NCBI GenBank assembly: GCA_051294375.1
Contig: CM119268.1
Span: 1,291,218-1,355,217 of the forward strand
DNA length: 64,000 nt
DNA from: Paraspadella gotoi
Taxonomy: Eukaryota > Animalia > Chaetognatha
Direction: 5' to 3'
Shown here: positions 13,601 through 26,954 of the stretch, piece after piece
How positions within the stretch are numbered: position 1 is the first letter of the stretch
How the letters are laid out: each line of letters starts with the position of its first letter
Program-made: the position numbers and the translations under genes
Notes under the pieces: generated by a model
What the model was told of the DNA's origin: nothing
Database searches by the model: none
Seen by the model: the letters and a program-made list of their open reading frames with translations, nothing else

Positions 13601-13812
13601 GCGGCGGGGAGCGCGACGGAAGCGGCAGCGGCGGGATAGAAGCGGCGGTATTAAATCTTCCCCCAAATATTTTTTTTTTTCGTCCGCGGTCGACGCCCTG
13701 GATGACTAATGACCTACGTGGGCGCCAGAAAATTAAAGCGTCAAAAAACTCTCTGCGTCAGACGTCGAAATTATTTTTCTTCTTTTTTTACGAGGAGTCT
13801 ATCTCTGATAAA

Positions 13813-13860
<48 letters not shown>

Positions 13861-13962
13861 GTTGACGACCGACCAATCAGGGGTCGACGTCCAAAGGTTC
13901 GTATCAATCGAACAAAGATGGCGCTAAAAATATCGATCTTCCCCGGAGAAAGAAAATCTAAA

Positions 13963-14009
<47 letters not shown>

Positions 14010-14029
14010 TCAACCATTTGGGTCCTTAC

Positions 14030-14201
14030 CTTTGATCAGTGGGCCTTATTTTCCCAGAACGCCCTCTTCCACCCAACCACCTTCCAACTTCCCCCCCAAA
14101 ACCCCCTTCTCAAACCTGGAGGTGAAGTGCAGCGCCGCCCTCCCGTAAAGCCAAGAATGACGCAATTTTCCCATCACGATTTTCCCGTTGTGACGGAAGC
14201 T
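14030..14201 (-). CDS. Gene A exon, N-terminal part of unknown domain copy 2 (SFRHNGKIVMGKLRHSWLYGRAALHFTSRFEKG...)
   Basis: aaacag acceptor in phase 0 with the upstream exon, AAG|GTAAGG donor; frameshift in a G run. Confidence 0.65.
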
Positions 14202-14559
14202 CTGTTTTGAAAGAAAAGCTGGCGTGGTATGTTATTATAAATATGATTATTACAATCGATCAAATACATTTTAGATTTAACAACTGATTAAATGCTTCAT
14301 AAATCGTTTAAATCGTCAGGCTAATTTAACTAGGCAATGAAATATACAGTATCCAGCAAAATTGATCGTAAAATTATATTCAATACCTGCGTGTAAACTG
14401 TAAATATTTCTCTTTTATAGTTTAATAATATCAACAATGTATCGTAGGCTGATATAAAAAGTCGAAAAAACAAATAGGAAAGACACAAACCGGAAACTGA
14501 GTTTAATTAAGCGGGAAAAAAAAGGGGGGCGAGAAAGATTTACTGCTCCCCAAGCGATC

Positions 14560-14613
<54 letters not shown>

Positions 14614-15082
14614 TAATTATTTTTATCCCGTTGCGATGGGGAAAGTCATCGACCTTTATCGCTACTCGAGACGAAATAATTCAAAATGGCGGGAAAATAA
14701 TTTCCTTTTTTGTTTTTTTTTCTTCTTCTCGAAAAGTAATATTCTTTTGAATAGTCCGCTACTTAGCGTCAAGCGCAAAGTCATTCTACGAAAACAACTC
14801 TACACAAATTTAGAAAAAAATTGAAAGTTTTTCAAGTCTTCATATTTTTTTTTCTTTTTTTATGTCAATTTTTCTTTTTTCTTTTTTCTTCTCTTGGTTT
14901 TTCTTTTATTTTTTTTATTTCCCTTTTTTTCCCTTTATTTTATTTCCTTTTTCTTTTTTAAAAAACATTACATTATATTTATTTAGCATTTAAAATTCAA
15001 GCTTCCAAGGTCCTTTTTTTATCATTTTCAATTTTCTCTCCGCTTAAAGGAGCTTCACCCAACCGTCGAGTTCAACGTCTTA

Positions 15083-15992
15083 AAAAAGTCTCACTTTGTA
15101 AAAGATGTCAAAATATGTCCACGTGGAAAAAAGTCTCACTTTGTAAAAGATGTAAAAAAATGTCCACGTGGAAAAAAAGTCTCACTTTGTAAAAGATGTA
15201 AAAAAATGTTCAAGTGTAAAAAAAGTCTCACTTTGTAAAAGATGTAAAAAAATGTTCATGTGTAAAAAAAAGTCTCACTTTGTAAAAGATGTAAAAAAAT
15301 GTCCNNNNNNNNNNNNNNNNNNNNNNNNNNNNNNNNNNNNNNNNNNNNNNNNNNNNNNNNNNNNNNNNNNNNNNNNNNNNNNNNNNNNNNNNNNNNNNNN
15401 NNNNNNNNNNNNNNNNNNNNNNNNNNNNNNNNNNNNNNNNNNNNNNNNNNNNNNNNNNNNNNNNNNNNNNNNNNNNNNNNNNNNNNNNNNNNNNNNNNNN
15501 NNNNNNNNNNNNNNNNNNNNNNNNNNNNNNNNNNNNNNNNNNNNNNNNNNNNNNNNNNNNNNNNNNNNNNNNNNNNNNNNNNNNNNNNNNNNNNNNNNNN
15601 NNNNNNNNNNNNNNNNNNNNNNNNNNNNNNNNNNNNNNNNNNNNNNNNNNNNNNNNNNNNNNNNNNNNNNNNNNNNNNNNNNGTGGAAAAAAGTCTCACT
15701 TGTAAAAGATGTAAAAAAATGTTCATGTGGAAAAAAAGTCTCACTTTGTTAAAAGATGTAGAAAAATGTCCACGTGGAAAAAAAGTCTCAACTTTGTAAA
15801 GATGTAAAAAAATGTCCACGTTGGAAAAAAAAGTCTCACTATTGTAAAAGATGTAAATGTCCATAGTGGAAAAAAGTCTCACTTTGTAAAAGATGTAAAT
15901 GTCCATGTGGAAAAAAGTCTCACTTGTAAAAGATGTAAATGTCCATGTGGAAAAAAAGTCTCACTTTGTAAAAGATGTAAATGTCCATGTGG
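15083..15992. repeat. Minisatellite of 42-47-bp units containing the exon end and 5' splice site of gene A (spans an N gap)
   Basis: Unit on minus strand ATGGACATTTACATCTTTTACAAA|GTGAGACTTTTTTTCCAC. Confidence 0.9.
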
Positions 15993-16145
15993 ATTCCGTC
16001 CAGATTTTGCGCGGAATCCAAGTGGATGAGCGCCTCGTGTCGCAGATTCGAGCCATTGATGTTCTTGCAGCCGTTGGCCTTGAGAGAGGCCAGGCGGGGA
16101 CAGCTGGAAAAGGGACGAGGGCCGTTAATTGCTGATTGTCGATTT
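15965..16145 (-). CDS. Gene A exon with cysteine-containing LRR (IDNQQLTAL...SSCPRLASLKANGCKNINGS...IHMDIYIFYK)
   Basis: CPxLxxLxxxGCxxI matches the LRR_CC pattern of F-box/LRR-type proteins; ttcag acceptor, AAA|GTGAGA donor; one frameshift. Confidence 0.75.
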
Positions 16146-16605
16146 CTGAATTTTAATAATTTTTTTAAAAAATGCGATTTTAGTTTTTAAAAAAAAAATC
16201 GTTTGAAGATTATGACAAATTTCCCTTTGATTTCACGCGAGCAAAATCTGGCGTTCAAGGCGTCGCTCGTCCATTGCAAGTTTGACGAGAGTATTTTCTG
16301 TGACAATAAAGTGTATTTTATGTATTTTCTGTGACAATAAAGTGTATTTTATGTATTTTCTGTGACAATAAAGTGTTTGTAAACATTTTCGTCATCGTCA
16401 AACTTGCAAGGGACGGGCGACTCATTGAACGCCAGGAAATTTCACAAGTATATTTTCAAGACGGTGTAATAATTGAACAATTTTTTTCTTTCAAAATATT
16501 TCGACTTTGTTGTAAAGTTATCATCGGTGAAAAAAAAGTATTTGTTCTCAATTTTGAAAATATACTCGTTTAGAGAGAGAGACCGGAGGTAAGTCGCCTC
16601 ACTCG

Positions 16606-16852
16606 TATGAAATTGGTACAACCAATATAAAAATTATCCATTCATTTAATAAACAAGCTATCTTGCCCCTGACTTTGGACAGGCTTTGGTGGTTTAAGGC
16701 CTCCATCACTCTTACTAGATAATGACATAGCAGGTCCCTGCAAGCTTTCAATCAAGACTCTCTTACAGTCTCGTTTATTCACTCCCAGAGTTCCTGGCTT
16801 CCCTTTCAATGAAGTGGTTATAATATTTCAAAGAATGTTTCAATTGTATGAA
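16606..16852 (+). repeat. ~330-bp dispersed/tandem repeat family; other copies at 17801-18108, 18991-19590 (2x), 21997-22340, 25773-26368 (2x), 28616-28938, 47130-47240, 62098-62517 (2x)
   Basis: Shared sequence tatgaaattggtacaaccaatataaaaattatccattc...ggacaggctttggtggtttaaggcctccatcac...aaaatacaaggagctgaattt; all copies in the same orientation. Confidence 0.9.
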
Positions 16853-17381
16853 TAGACAATTCTTCTGGTGTGTACGATGACGATGAAACAAGATTAAAAA
16901 GGGTTTTTTTTGACCATCTGAGACTAAAACATGAAGTAAATTGAGGAAAAAAAGGGATTTTCGCAATCGAAATATGAAAGAACCTGAAATCAATTACCAA
17001 AGACCTTGACAAAAAAAAAGATATCAAGAAGGCTAAAAAAAAAATATTAAAAATAGCATAAAGAAAAATAAAACTAAAAAACTTAACTGGAAAAAAGTCA
17101 ACTAAAAAACGACTTATATATATTCGAAAAGAAAANNNNNNNNNNAAGTGAAAAAAAAATCGAGAGCTCGCTTTAAGAATTCCGAAAGGCGGACGAGTTT
17201 CTTTTCTTTTTTCATCAACACCCTTTGCGTTGAACCGGAGGCGAGGGAAGAGTTGCGGACTCCAATCAATCAATCAATCACTCAATCAATCAATCAATCA
17301 ATCAATCGAACAATCAATCAATCAGATTTATGAAAAGGAAAAAAATCAATTAATAAATTAGTGCATTGAATTGAATTAACT

Positions 17382-17421
<40 letters not shown>

Positions 17422-17440
17422 AGCAATATCGTCAACTCGC

Positions 17441-17547
17441 CTGATGACCAAAGTGTTGACAACGTCGTCGTTAACGATGTCCGTCCACGAGACGTCCACT
17501 TCCCTCAAGAATTTTCCGCCCACGGAGACGATGTCCAAAAACGCCGC
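17441..17547 (-). CDS. Gene A LRR exon (AAFLDIVSVGGKFLREVDVSWTDIVNDDVVNTLVIR)
   Basis: LxxVDVSWxxxVND fits LRR_CC; ccag acceptor in phase 0; non-canonical AG|GCGAGT donor. Confidence 0.8.
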
Positions 17548-18372
17548 CTGGTGGCGTCATAATCAAATTCGTGAAAGAGGAAGACAAAGAAACCATGAAA
17601 AAATAAATTTTCTAGAATCTAGGGAGGCCCAAGGACAATGAAATGTCCTTGGCGGTTTAAGCCCAAGGACAATGAAATGTCCTTTGCGGTTTAAGTCCAA
17701 GGACAATGAAATTTAATAAAAATGTAAAAAAAAAACCGATAAAAATATATCTCGTCAAGCACGACAGATCGTAATTCGAAATTGCAGCTCTATAAAATTA
17801 TATGAGATTGGTACAACCAATATAAAAATTATCCATTCATTTAATAAATAAGCTATCTTGTCCCTGACTTTGGACAGGCTTTGGTGGTTTAAGGCCTCCA
17901 TCACACTTACAAGATAATAACATAGCAGGTTTCTGCAAGCTTTCAATCAAGACTCTCTCACAGTCTTATTTATTCACTCCCAGTGAACCTGGCTTCCCTA
18001 TCAATGAAGTGGTATAATATTTCAAAGAATGTTTCAATTGTATGAAAAGACCACTCCCTTAAGTATTAGATCGGGGAATACTATATTGTACTCCGCACTA
18101 GCATCAAATCCTAATCAATTCTTAATCAAATTATTTTTATATATATTTATCAAATTATACATAGTAAAACAAATTTTCTCGTTACCAGAAGCCGATGGCA
18201 ACAACAAAATTTAAATTTGTAATTAGGTTAATGAGAAATTAAAAAAAAATGTTAGATAATAAAAAAATCGATAACGACAACGACGACGACCGTGACAGTG
18301 AAAATGACGACCACGATGACGACCACGATGCCGCCAACGACGACGTAACGATCAGGACCACAATGGACTCAC

Positions 18373-18652
18373 CCGGGAAATCCCGAGACACCTCGAGACG
18401 TTGACAATTTCAATGACGCCGCTTTCGTGATCGTCCACGCAGCGGCGGCGCCACTTTCGGCGGGAAGGCGACATCTCCGGCGCCCTCTTTGCAGATCCTC
18501 GCCCAAAATCCGAGTCGACCGGTCCGTGAGGAGACGGCGCCGCCGAGAGAGATCTGAAGGCGCGGAAACCGCGTGCGCGCCGGAGGCGATCCAAGGGAAG
18601 AGACGCGTCTCGCATGCGAAGAGAGAAAACGCTAGGACAGCGACGCTAAATC
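18373..18652 (-). CDS. Gene A LRR exon, frameshifted (...DLS...LTDRSTRIL...VIEIVNVSRCLGISR)
   Basis: LRR-like motifs, CGG|GTGAGT donor in phase with the next exon, ctcag acceptor. Confidence 0.65.
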
Positions 18653-20025
18653 CTGAGTAGAAGAAATAGATATTAATGGATTCATTAATAAATAAATCCT
18701 GAGTGGAAGGAAGGGAAATAGATTATTAATAGATTTATTAATAAATAGAATCCTGAGTCTAGAGAAAAGAAACTAGATAATAAAATTCATAAAATTTTTT
18801 TTTGTTTTCAACCACGTTTAAAATAAAAAAGAAGATCACAAATGCTGTTGCGCTTCGATGAAGACTGACTGCCTAAGCAAAAACATGTCCCCCGCTTTTG
18901 TTCTATCAAACATCATTGTTGTTGGAAGAAAATAAAAAAATGTTTAAGTAATAAACAATTAGATAAAATAAACTTTATATTATACATTATTATGAAATTG
19001 TACACCAATATAAAATTATCCATTCATTTAATAAATAAGCTATCTTGCCCCTGACTTTGGACAGGCCTTTGGTGGTTAAAGGCCCCATCACTCTTACAAA
19101 ATAATGACATAGCAGGTCCCTGCAAGCTTTCAATCCAAGACTTCTCTCACAGCTCTCGTTTATTCACTCCCAGAGTGCCTTGGCTTCCCTATATCAATGA
19201 AGTGGTATAATATTTCAAAAGAATGTTTCAATTGGTATGAAAAGACCACTCCCTTAAGTTATTAGATCGTGGGAATTACTATAGTTAGTACTCCGCACTA
19301 GCATCAAAATACAAGGAGCTGAATTTTATGAAATTGCGTACACACCAATATAAAAATTATTCATTCATTTAATAAATAAGCTATCTTGCCCCTGACTTTG
19401 GAACAGGCTTTGGTGGTTTAAGGCCTTTCCATCACTCTTACAAGATAATTGACATAGCAGGTCCCTGCAAGCTTTCAATCAAGACTCTCTCACAGTCTCG
19501 TTTATTCACTCCCAGAGTGCCTGGCTTCCTCTCACTCAATGAAGTGGTATAATATTTCAAAGAATGTTTCAATTGTATGAAAAGACCACTCGTACTTTTT
19601 CGTATGATTTAATTCTAACTTGGCCAAAATATTTATTGATTCTCGAAAATTCGTTTTCAACGAATCGATTGATTATTCCTAAATAGAGAAAAATGTAGGA
19701 AAAATGTACAGAAAAAAATAGGAATTTTGAATAGTCTTTACATCTCTGAATTTCAGTTCGTAAAACAATTGGAAAGTTTCCTAGGTATTTAAAACATTCC
19801 CCTTTCTTCGACAATAACAACACAATGAGAAAGACGGAACGACGACGACGACGACGAGCGACTGGAGAAAAATCCTTAAAGTTGGAATGCGAAAATATTA
19901 GTCAGGATTTTCTGGCGAACATCCGAGCAATTTAAACTGCGAGGAGGAGTGAGAGAGAAGAGAGGAGAGAGAGAGAGAGAGGATGAGAGAGAGAGAGAGA
20001 TGAAGGTGAAAAGAGAGGAGGGGTA

Positions 20026-20057
<32 letters not shown>

Positions 20058-23000
20058 CAGAAAATCGTCATGTGGGATTATGAATTCAGATGCAAAATTT
20101 GCTTCCTCATACCCTCGTTCCCTACAAATCTCTCACATCGGTTGTGAGCAAAAGTCTTAAGTTCGCAAATGGATTTGCATATTGTTAGTTAATCTTACAT
20201 TTCTTTCCATTTTTTACAAAATACTGAGAGACCCAGACAAAAGTCTACCATCAGAGAGAGAGAGAGATAGAAGAGAAGATAGGAGGATGAGAGAGAGAGA
20301 GAGAGAGAAAGAAAGAAGGGAGAGAGCAGAGGAAAAAAGAGAGGACATCCATTATCAGTCTTTCACTTTTTTTCAACTTTCCTCTACGGTCATTTGCTCC
20401 TTCCTTCCCTTATCTCTCTCCTTTTCCCTCCCTCCCCCTCTCTCCCTTCGTTCCTCTCTTCCTTTCCCTTCCTCCTCTCCCCTACTCCTCCTTCTCCCCC
20501 TCCTACCTCCCCTTCTCCTCCTTCCCTCCCTCCCCCTCTCTCCCCCCTTTCTTCCTCCTCTTCCTTTCCTTCCTCCCCTCTTCTTCCCCCCTACCATCCT
20601 CCTCTCTCCCCTCCTCCCTCCCCTTATCTCCTTCCTTCCTCCTCCGACCTCCCTCCCCTTACTTCTCCCCCCTCCCTCCCTTCTTCCTCCCCTCCTCCCT
20701 TCCTCTTAACCTGCAGCCTCTCCATCTTTTCCTCCGATCGATCCTCGCTACCCGGTCGGCTTCTCGCTCGTTTCTGCTCCAGAACAAACGACTCTCCCGG
20801 CCAAAAACTATCGGATGTCCGCCGCTTTTCAAAAAGGCAGCTGTCCGTCCAGGCAATCGAAGAGCAATGATGAACGAACGGACAACGAGAGTGATAATTA
20901 AAATATAGATCGAAATCAATTTTTTTATTCAATCCATAATCCACCATCTTTAAGTGGTGTGCTCTTAAATTTTCTCCTTCCAATCGAAAACAAAGGGGAT
21001 GCAACTCTTACATTTTTTATTTTAAATTTTGTTTTTAATTAGGAATTAAATATTTTCTATTAAATATTCATCCATTCCGATTTGCTTTTCTTCTTCTAAA
21101 TATTTTTTTTCTTTTTTCTTTTTCCCTATTACACTTCTTTTTCGCACTAAAATTTATTAGCTTAAAAAAATTAGTTATTTAAAACCCATTCTGGCCTCTT
21201 TGACTATGTTCAAAATTAAGAAATTGAATTCATTTCCCTGGATCCAATTTTACACTACAATCCAATTTAATATTGTTCGCTAAAATTTAAATGAAAAACT
21301 CAAAGGCGCAAAACAATTTATTTTTTCAATCTCTCCTTTGTTCCCTTCAACCGGAAACATCACCACCAGGCCATTTTTTTAGAAGCGAAACCCTTTTCAG
21401 CGCTTAAAATTTTGAGTTCCTAGGTTTAGGTTTTAAAATTAATTTAGGTATTAGGATTAGCCGTTAGGAATTAGGATTAGGGGTTAGGATTCAATTATTT
21501 GGGATAAGGTTTAAGGGATTAACGTTTGGGATTAGAGTTCAGGATTAGGAAATAACAATTATGGTTGATGGATAAGTTTTTAAAAATTCGTTTAAAATAT
21601 ATCAAGGCTAAAATTAAGTTAAGGACTAATATAACAGAAATTGGCGCGCTTTCACAAAAATATGTGCTGCACGACCCCATTATCGCTGAACCTGCTTTCG
21701 AAAAGAAACTCAAATAGCGAATCGATCTCCGGTTCGTAATCTTTCCAAAAAATTTCTGTCTTCCTCTTCGTAGATTTTCGCGTAGGCGGCGGCGGAGAGG
21801 GGCACGCCCATCTCCACAGCCTCTCGACGCGTCTCGCAAAAGAGGGGTTCAAGATTGCGTAGCTGGATTTGGTGCGAGGAGAGACGAGAGAGGAGGGGGA
21901 AGAGGGGAGAAGGTGAAGTTGAAAACGCCATCTGTTACCGTTAGCGTTAGAGAACAAGTGAGAAATGATCGAAAATATATATGTATATGTTCCAATATGA
22001 AATTGCGGTTACCAACCAATATAAAAATTATCCATTCATTCTCAAAATAAGCTATCTTGCCCCAGGCCTTTTGTGCGTCTAAGGTCTCCAATCACTTTAA
22101 CAAGATAATGACATATCAGGTCCTGCGCAAGCTTTCAATCATGACAATCTCTCACAGGCTAGGGTTTATTTCACTCCCAGATTACCTGGCTCCTATCAGT
22201 GATTTGGTAAAGATATCAAAGGAATGTTTCAATTGCTTAATGAAAAGACCAACCCTTTAAGGTATCAGATCGGGGAATACTATTTTGTTCTTTCCGCACT
22301 TGCATCAAAATACAAGGAAGGGCCTAAAATTTTATTGAAATGTTTAATTCATAGATATTTTTAGTTAGTTCATAATTTTTCCTGAAACATATGTTAAAAA
22401 AAAATAAAGTGATCTCACCCTGTATTTCGGTTGTGCGCAAAGGAAAAAGTTTTGGATACTTTCACCGTATTCGGTTTTGTGCGCAAAGAAAGCTGACTCA
22501 CCCTGTATTTTTCGTTGTGCCCGCAAAGAAAGTGACTCACCCTGTATTTTCGGTTGTGCGCAAAGAAAGTGACTCACCCTGTATTTTCGGTTGTGCGCAA
22601 TCGACGACGGATAAGCAGTCGGTTGCAGTTTTTGCCTGCAGAGCGGAGGTTCGCCTTCGTCTAGTGCGCCGCTAGGGAATACGATTGTCTAAAAGAACCT
22701 GCAATCAGTACATAAAAATGGGCGGGAAGGGAAAAGGGTCTTAACTCTGAGTGAAGCTTTCCGACTTCTTTGTCAATCTCTTAGTCAGGTTGCCATGGCT
22801 CTGGTTCTACTCTAACCCACATTTCATTTCGATTACGTTAGTCAAATGCCAAATTCTACACGTTTCATTCTATTAATCCTTAGAGGCATTCTTCAATTAA
22901 AAGTAGTTCTATTTTTACATTGCATTCTTAATCATACGTTTTATTACATATTCAATTTACTATATGGGCAATTAATTTTCCTTTTTTTCACTCTCTTAAC

Positions 23001-24148
23001 TGGATTGAAGTCAATTCATCCATCTTTAAATTTATTCTCATTACTTTCCTGGTTATTTTCTTTTCTTTCTTCTTTTCTTTTCTTTTCTTTTCTTTTCTTT
23101 TCCTTTTTTCTTTTCTTTTCTTTTCTTTTCTTTTCTTTCTTTCTTTTCTTTTCTTTTCTTTTCTTTTCTTTCTTCCTTTGCTTTTCTTGTCGTATTCCTT
23201 CTTAAGCCTGCAAACCGCCCACACGTCCCCCATTCCCAGACTTCTTTAAAATTCCCGCGACCGGACAACACTAACGTCGCGGATGATCGTCAGTTTCACT
23301 CAAAAGGGGGTCGCGTCTCCCTTCGCCATTCGCCACTCGGCATTCGCCACTCGCCACTCGCCCCTCTCCCCCTCTCTATGGACCGCTTCGAAACTTCGGC
23401 CACTCTCCATTGACAATCGCCACTTGCCACTTCGCTCGTCTCCAATAGAGCTCTCGTCCACTTGCCACTCGAGCACTTCTCCATTGATCATTCCCCGCCA
23501 CTCTACATTTGACCACTTGCCACTCGCCCAACTCTTCTATTGACCACTTTCGCCACCGCCATTCGCACACTTCTCCAGTGACCATTCGCCAACTCTACAT
23601 TAACCAACTCGCACTTCCCCCAATTTGACCACCTCTGCCGCCACTCTCCAATCGCCACTCTCCAAATTGACCACTCGCCATCGCCAGCCATGCTACCTGC
23701 GGACCTCACTGCGCCACCTCTCCACCTCAGCTCACTCACCAATCAGATTCTCTTTTCCCTTTAACGCGACCACAGGTTTGAATCCTTCCCTCCATGCTGA
23801 TAGAAGAGCGAGCTGTGGATTCGCTGAGTGTGCCAAGTGACTCCCACATCAGCGCCTCGCCAATGCGTTGGCTGTCGACAGTAGATTGGGAGAGGTTTAA
23901 GTAACATGGCGGGAGGGAAAATGGTTTTACTTTATCTACTATTCTACTTATTCTATTATTTTACTACCCATACAATAATCCAATAGGAAAAAAAGAACAT
24001 TTCCGACGGGAAAGAGTTGTAAAATTTATTTTATTAATATTTAATAAATATAAAAATAATAATAAAAAGAAAAGGTTCAACGAGTTTTTCCGAGTCGCTG
24101 CTAAGTAAATCAAATCTCAGGTTTGTTAGAGTTCATCCTTGTTGTATG

Positions 24149-24186
<38 letters not shown>

Positions 24187-25369
24187 GCTCTCTCTCTCTC
24201 CTCTCTCTCTCTCTGCTCTCTCTCTCTTTTTTATAATTTTAAAACTTTGGCTAAAAATTATTGTCTGTTTTTCTTGTTGTATTTATAATTGTTTTACACC
24301 TCATCAAAAAGAAACGAGATAGAGACGGAGCGACGGGGCAAAAGGCTTCACCCTCACCCGCTAGCTGCAAGATCCTCTTGATCAACAAGAGGACGTGGAT
24401 GCCGTGGAGTTTCTCGTGACCGACCCGCCAGCGACCTCTGTCGTCGGAACGTAAAGGATCCTGTCGCCGACGCCCCGCCTCCCGACGCGCTTCTTTCGAG
24501 TTGTCGCTCGAAACACCACGTAGATCTGATGGGCGCGCCTTCTTTTGTCGGCCGGCGTTCGTTCGTCGAGACTCGTCGACGCCGCCCGGCGTCGCTTCGC
24601 CCCGCAGAAGGGACGCCGTTGGGCGGTGCCACGGCGTCGTCGTCGTATCCGTCGTCGGTCGTCGTCCGTCGTCCGTCGTCGGCGCGGCGGGACTCGTTCA
24701 ATTTCGTCATGGTGAAACGAAATTAGAGGAGAAATATAGAGAGGGCGCCGCGGCGCGAACTGGACGATCCACTTGCCAAGGGAGCTTTGCTTTTTTAGGG
24801 GGGGAGGAGGGGTGCTTGAGCCCTTGCAAGAGGTAAAGGAAGTCTGAAAACCTTCGGCAAAAATGGCAATTTTTTTTTAAATATTAGTTTAATAATTAGT
24901 TTGTTTATTGTTGTTTATGACGCCTATTATGAGGCCCATTTCATTTTAGGAAAAAAACTTAATATTTTAGCCCTGGGATGAAGTTTGTAGCGGGACTTCA
25001 TCGTAATTTAGGCTTGTGTCCTTCCATTATATCCATATTCATATATCATAATTACATATCATATCTAATATTCATTTTTTCAAATTCCACGTTCATATAA
25101 AGTGCAAATTTCAGTATCCTTAGTTTCTCATTATCAACAATCTGAATACTTTATCCCAATAGCCCTGAGTTAGGATATTTGCCAGAAGAGGCATATTTTA
25201 TTTGATTGAATATTTTATTTTATTTATTATTTATCACTAGGAAAAACAAAGACAACAAGCAGTATACTTCTTCTTCATCTCTCAACGATCAACAACTAAC
25301 AACTACAGACAATTAACAACCATACAACGATTCCGGATGTATTGCTCGCGGTTTACAATTCCGATCAGA
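18617..25369. repeat. Segmental duplicate copy A of the 5' part of gene A (exons 24358-24710, 23740-23871, 22578-22698, 21692-21862, probable 20711-20840)
   Basis: Collinear with 25394-38610 in both exons and introns; this copy is indel-rich. Confidence 0.85.
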
Positions 25370-26715
25370 NNNNNNNNNNNNNNNNNNNNNNNNNCGAAGG
25401 AGAGCAAACGCGAGGACAGCGATCCGCTTAAATCCTGAGTAGAGAAATAGATTATTAATGGATTCATTAATAAATAAATCCTGAGTGGAGAGAAGGGAAA
25501 TAGATTATTAATAGAATTAATTAATAAATAGAATCCTGAGTCAGAGAAAGAGAAACTAGATAATAAAATTCATAAAATTTTATTTTTGTTTTCAACCACG
25601 TTTAAAATAAAAAAGAAGATCACAAATGCTGTTGCGCTGATGAAGACTGACTGCCTAACCAAAAACATGTCCCGCTTTGTTCTATCAAACATCATTGTTG
25701 TTGGAAGAAAATAAAAAATTTGTTAAGTAATAAACAATTAGATAAAATAAACTTTATATTATAACATTATTATATGAAATTGTACACCATATAAAAAATT
25801 ATCCATTCATTTTAATAATAAGCTATCTTGCCCTGACTTTTGGACAGGCTTTGGTGGTTTAAGAGCCTCCATCACTCTTACAAGATAATGACATAGCAGG
25901 TCCGTGCAAGCTTTCAATCAAGATCTCTCACCAGTCCTCGTTTATTCTCACTCCCAGACGTGCCTGGCTTCCCTATCAATGGAAGTGGTATAATATTTCA
26001 AAGAATGTTTCAATTGTATGAAAAGACCACTCCCTAAGTATTAGATCGGGAATATACTAGTATGTACTCCGCACTAGCATCAAAATACAAGGAGCTGAAT
26101 TTATGAAATTGCGTACCACCAATATAAAAATTATTCATTCATTTAATAAATAAGCTATCTTGCCCCTGACTTTGGACACAGCTTTGGTGGTTTAAGGCCT
26201 TCCATCACTCTTACAAGATAATATGACATAGCAGGTCCCTGCAAGCTTTCAATCAAGACTCTCTCACAGTCTCGTTTATTCACTCCCAAGAGTGCCTGGG
26301 CTTCCCTATCAATGAAGTCGGTATAATATTATTTCAAAGAATGTTTCAATTGTATGAAAAGACCACTCGTACTTTTCGTATGATTTAATTCTAACTTGGC
26401 CAAAATATTTATTGATCTCGAAAATTCGTTTTCAACGAATCGATTGATTATTCCTAAATAGAGAAAATGTAGGAAAAATGTACAGAAAAAAATAGGAATT
26501 TTGAATAGTCTTACATCTCTGAATTTCAGTTCGTAAACAATTGAAAGTTTCCTATGAATTTAAAACATTTCCCCTTTCTTCGACAATAACAACAACTATG
26601 AGAAAGACGACGACGACGACGACGACGACGACGACTGAGAAAATCCTTAAGTTGAAAGCGAAAATATTAGTCAGGATTTTCTGGCGACATCGAGCAATTT
26701 AAACTGCGAGAGAGT

Positions 26716-26747
<32 letters not shown>

Positions 26748-26918
26748 NNNNNNNNNNNNNNNNNNNNNNNNNNNNNNNNNNNNNNNNNNNNNNNNNNNNN
26801 NNNNNNNNNNNNNNNNNNNNNNNNNNNNNNNNNNNNNNNNNNNNNNNNNNNNNNNNNNNNNNNNNNNNNNNNNNNNNNNNNNNNNNNNNNNNNNNNNNNN
26901 NNNNNNNNNNNNNNNNNN

Positions 26919-26954
<36 letters not shown>

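Noticed and set aside
15965-18652. Specific FBXL gene symbol
   Set aside because: LRR_CC repeats are visible but no F-box motif was found and orthology cannot be assigned.
20182-20870. Long low-complexity ORFs (poly-RE, LS, P, X) here and throughout the ORF track
   Set aside because: Translations of microsatellites, N gaps or the antisense strand of GC-rich exons.
21420-21560. Interstitial telomere
   Set aside because: Too degenerate; no run of perfect TTAGGG units.
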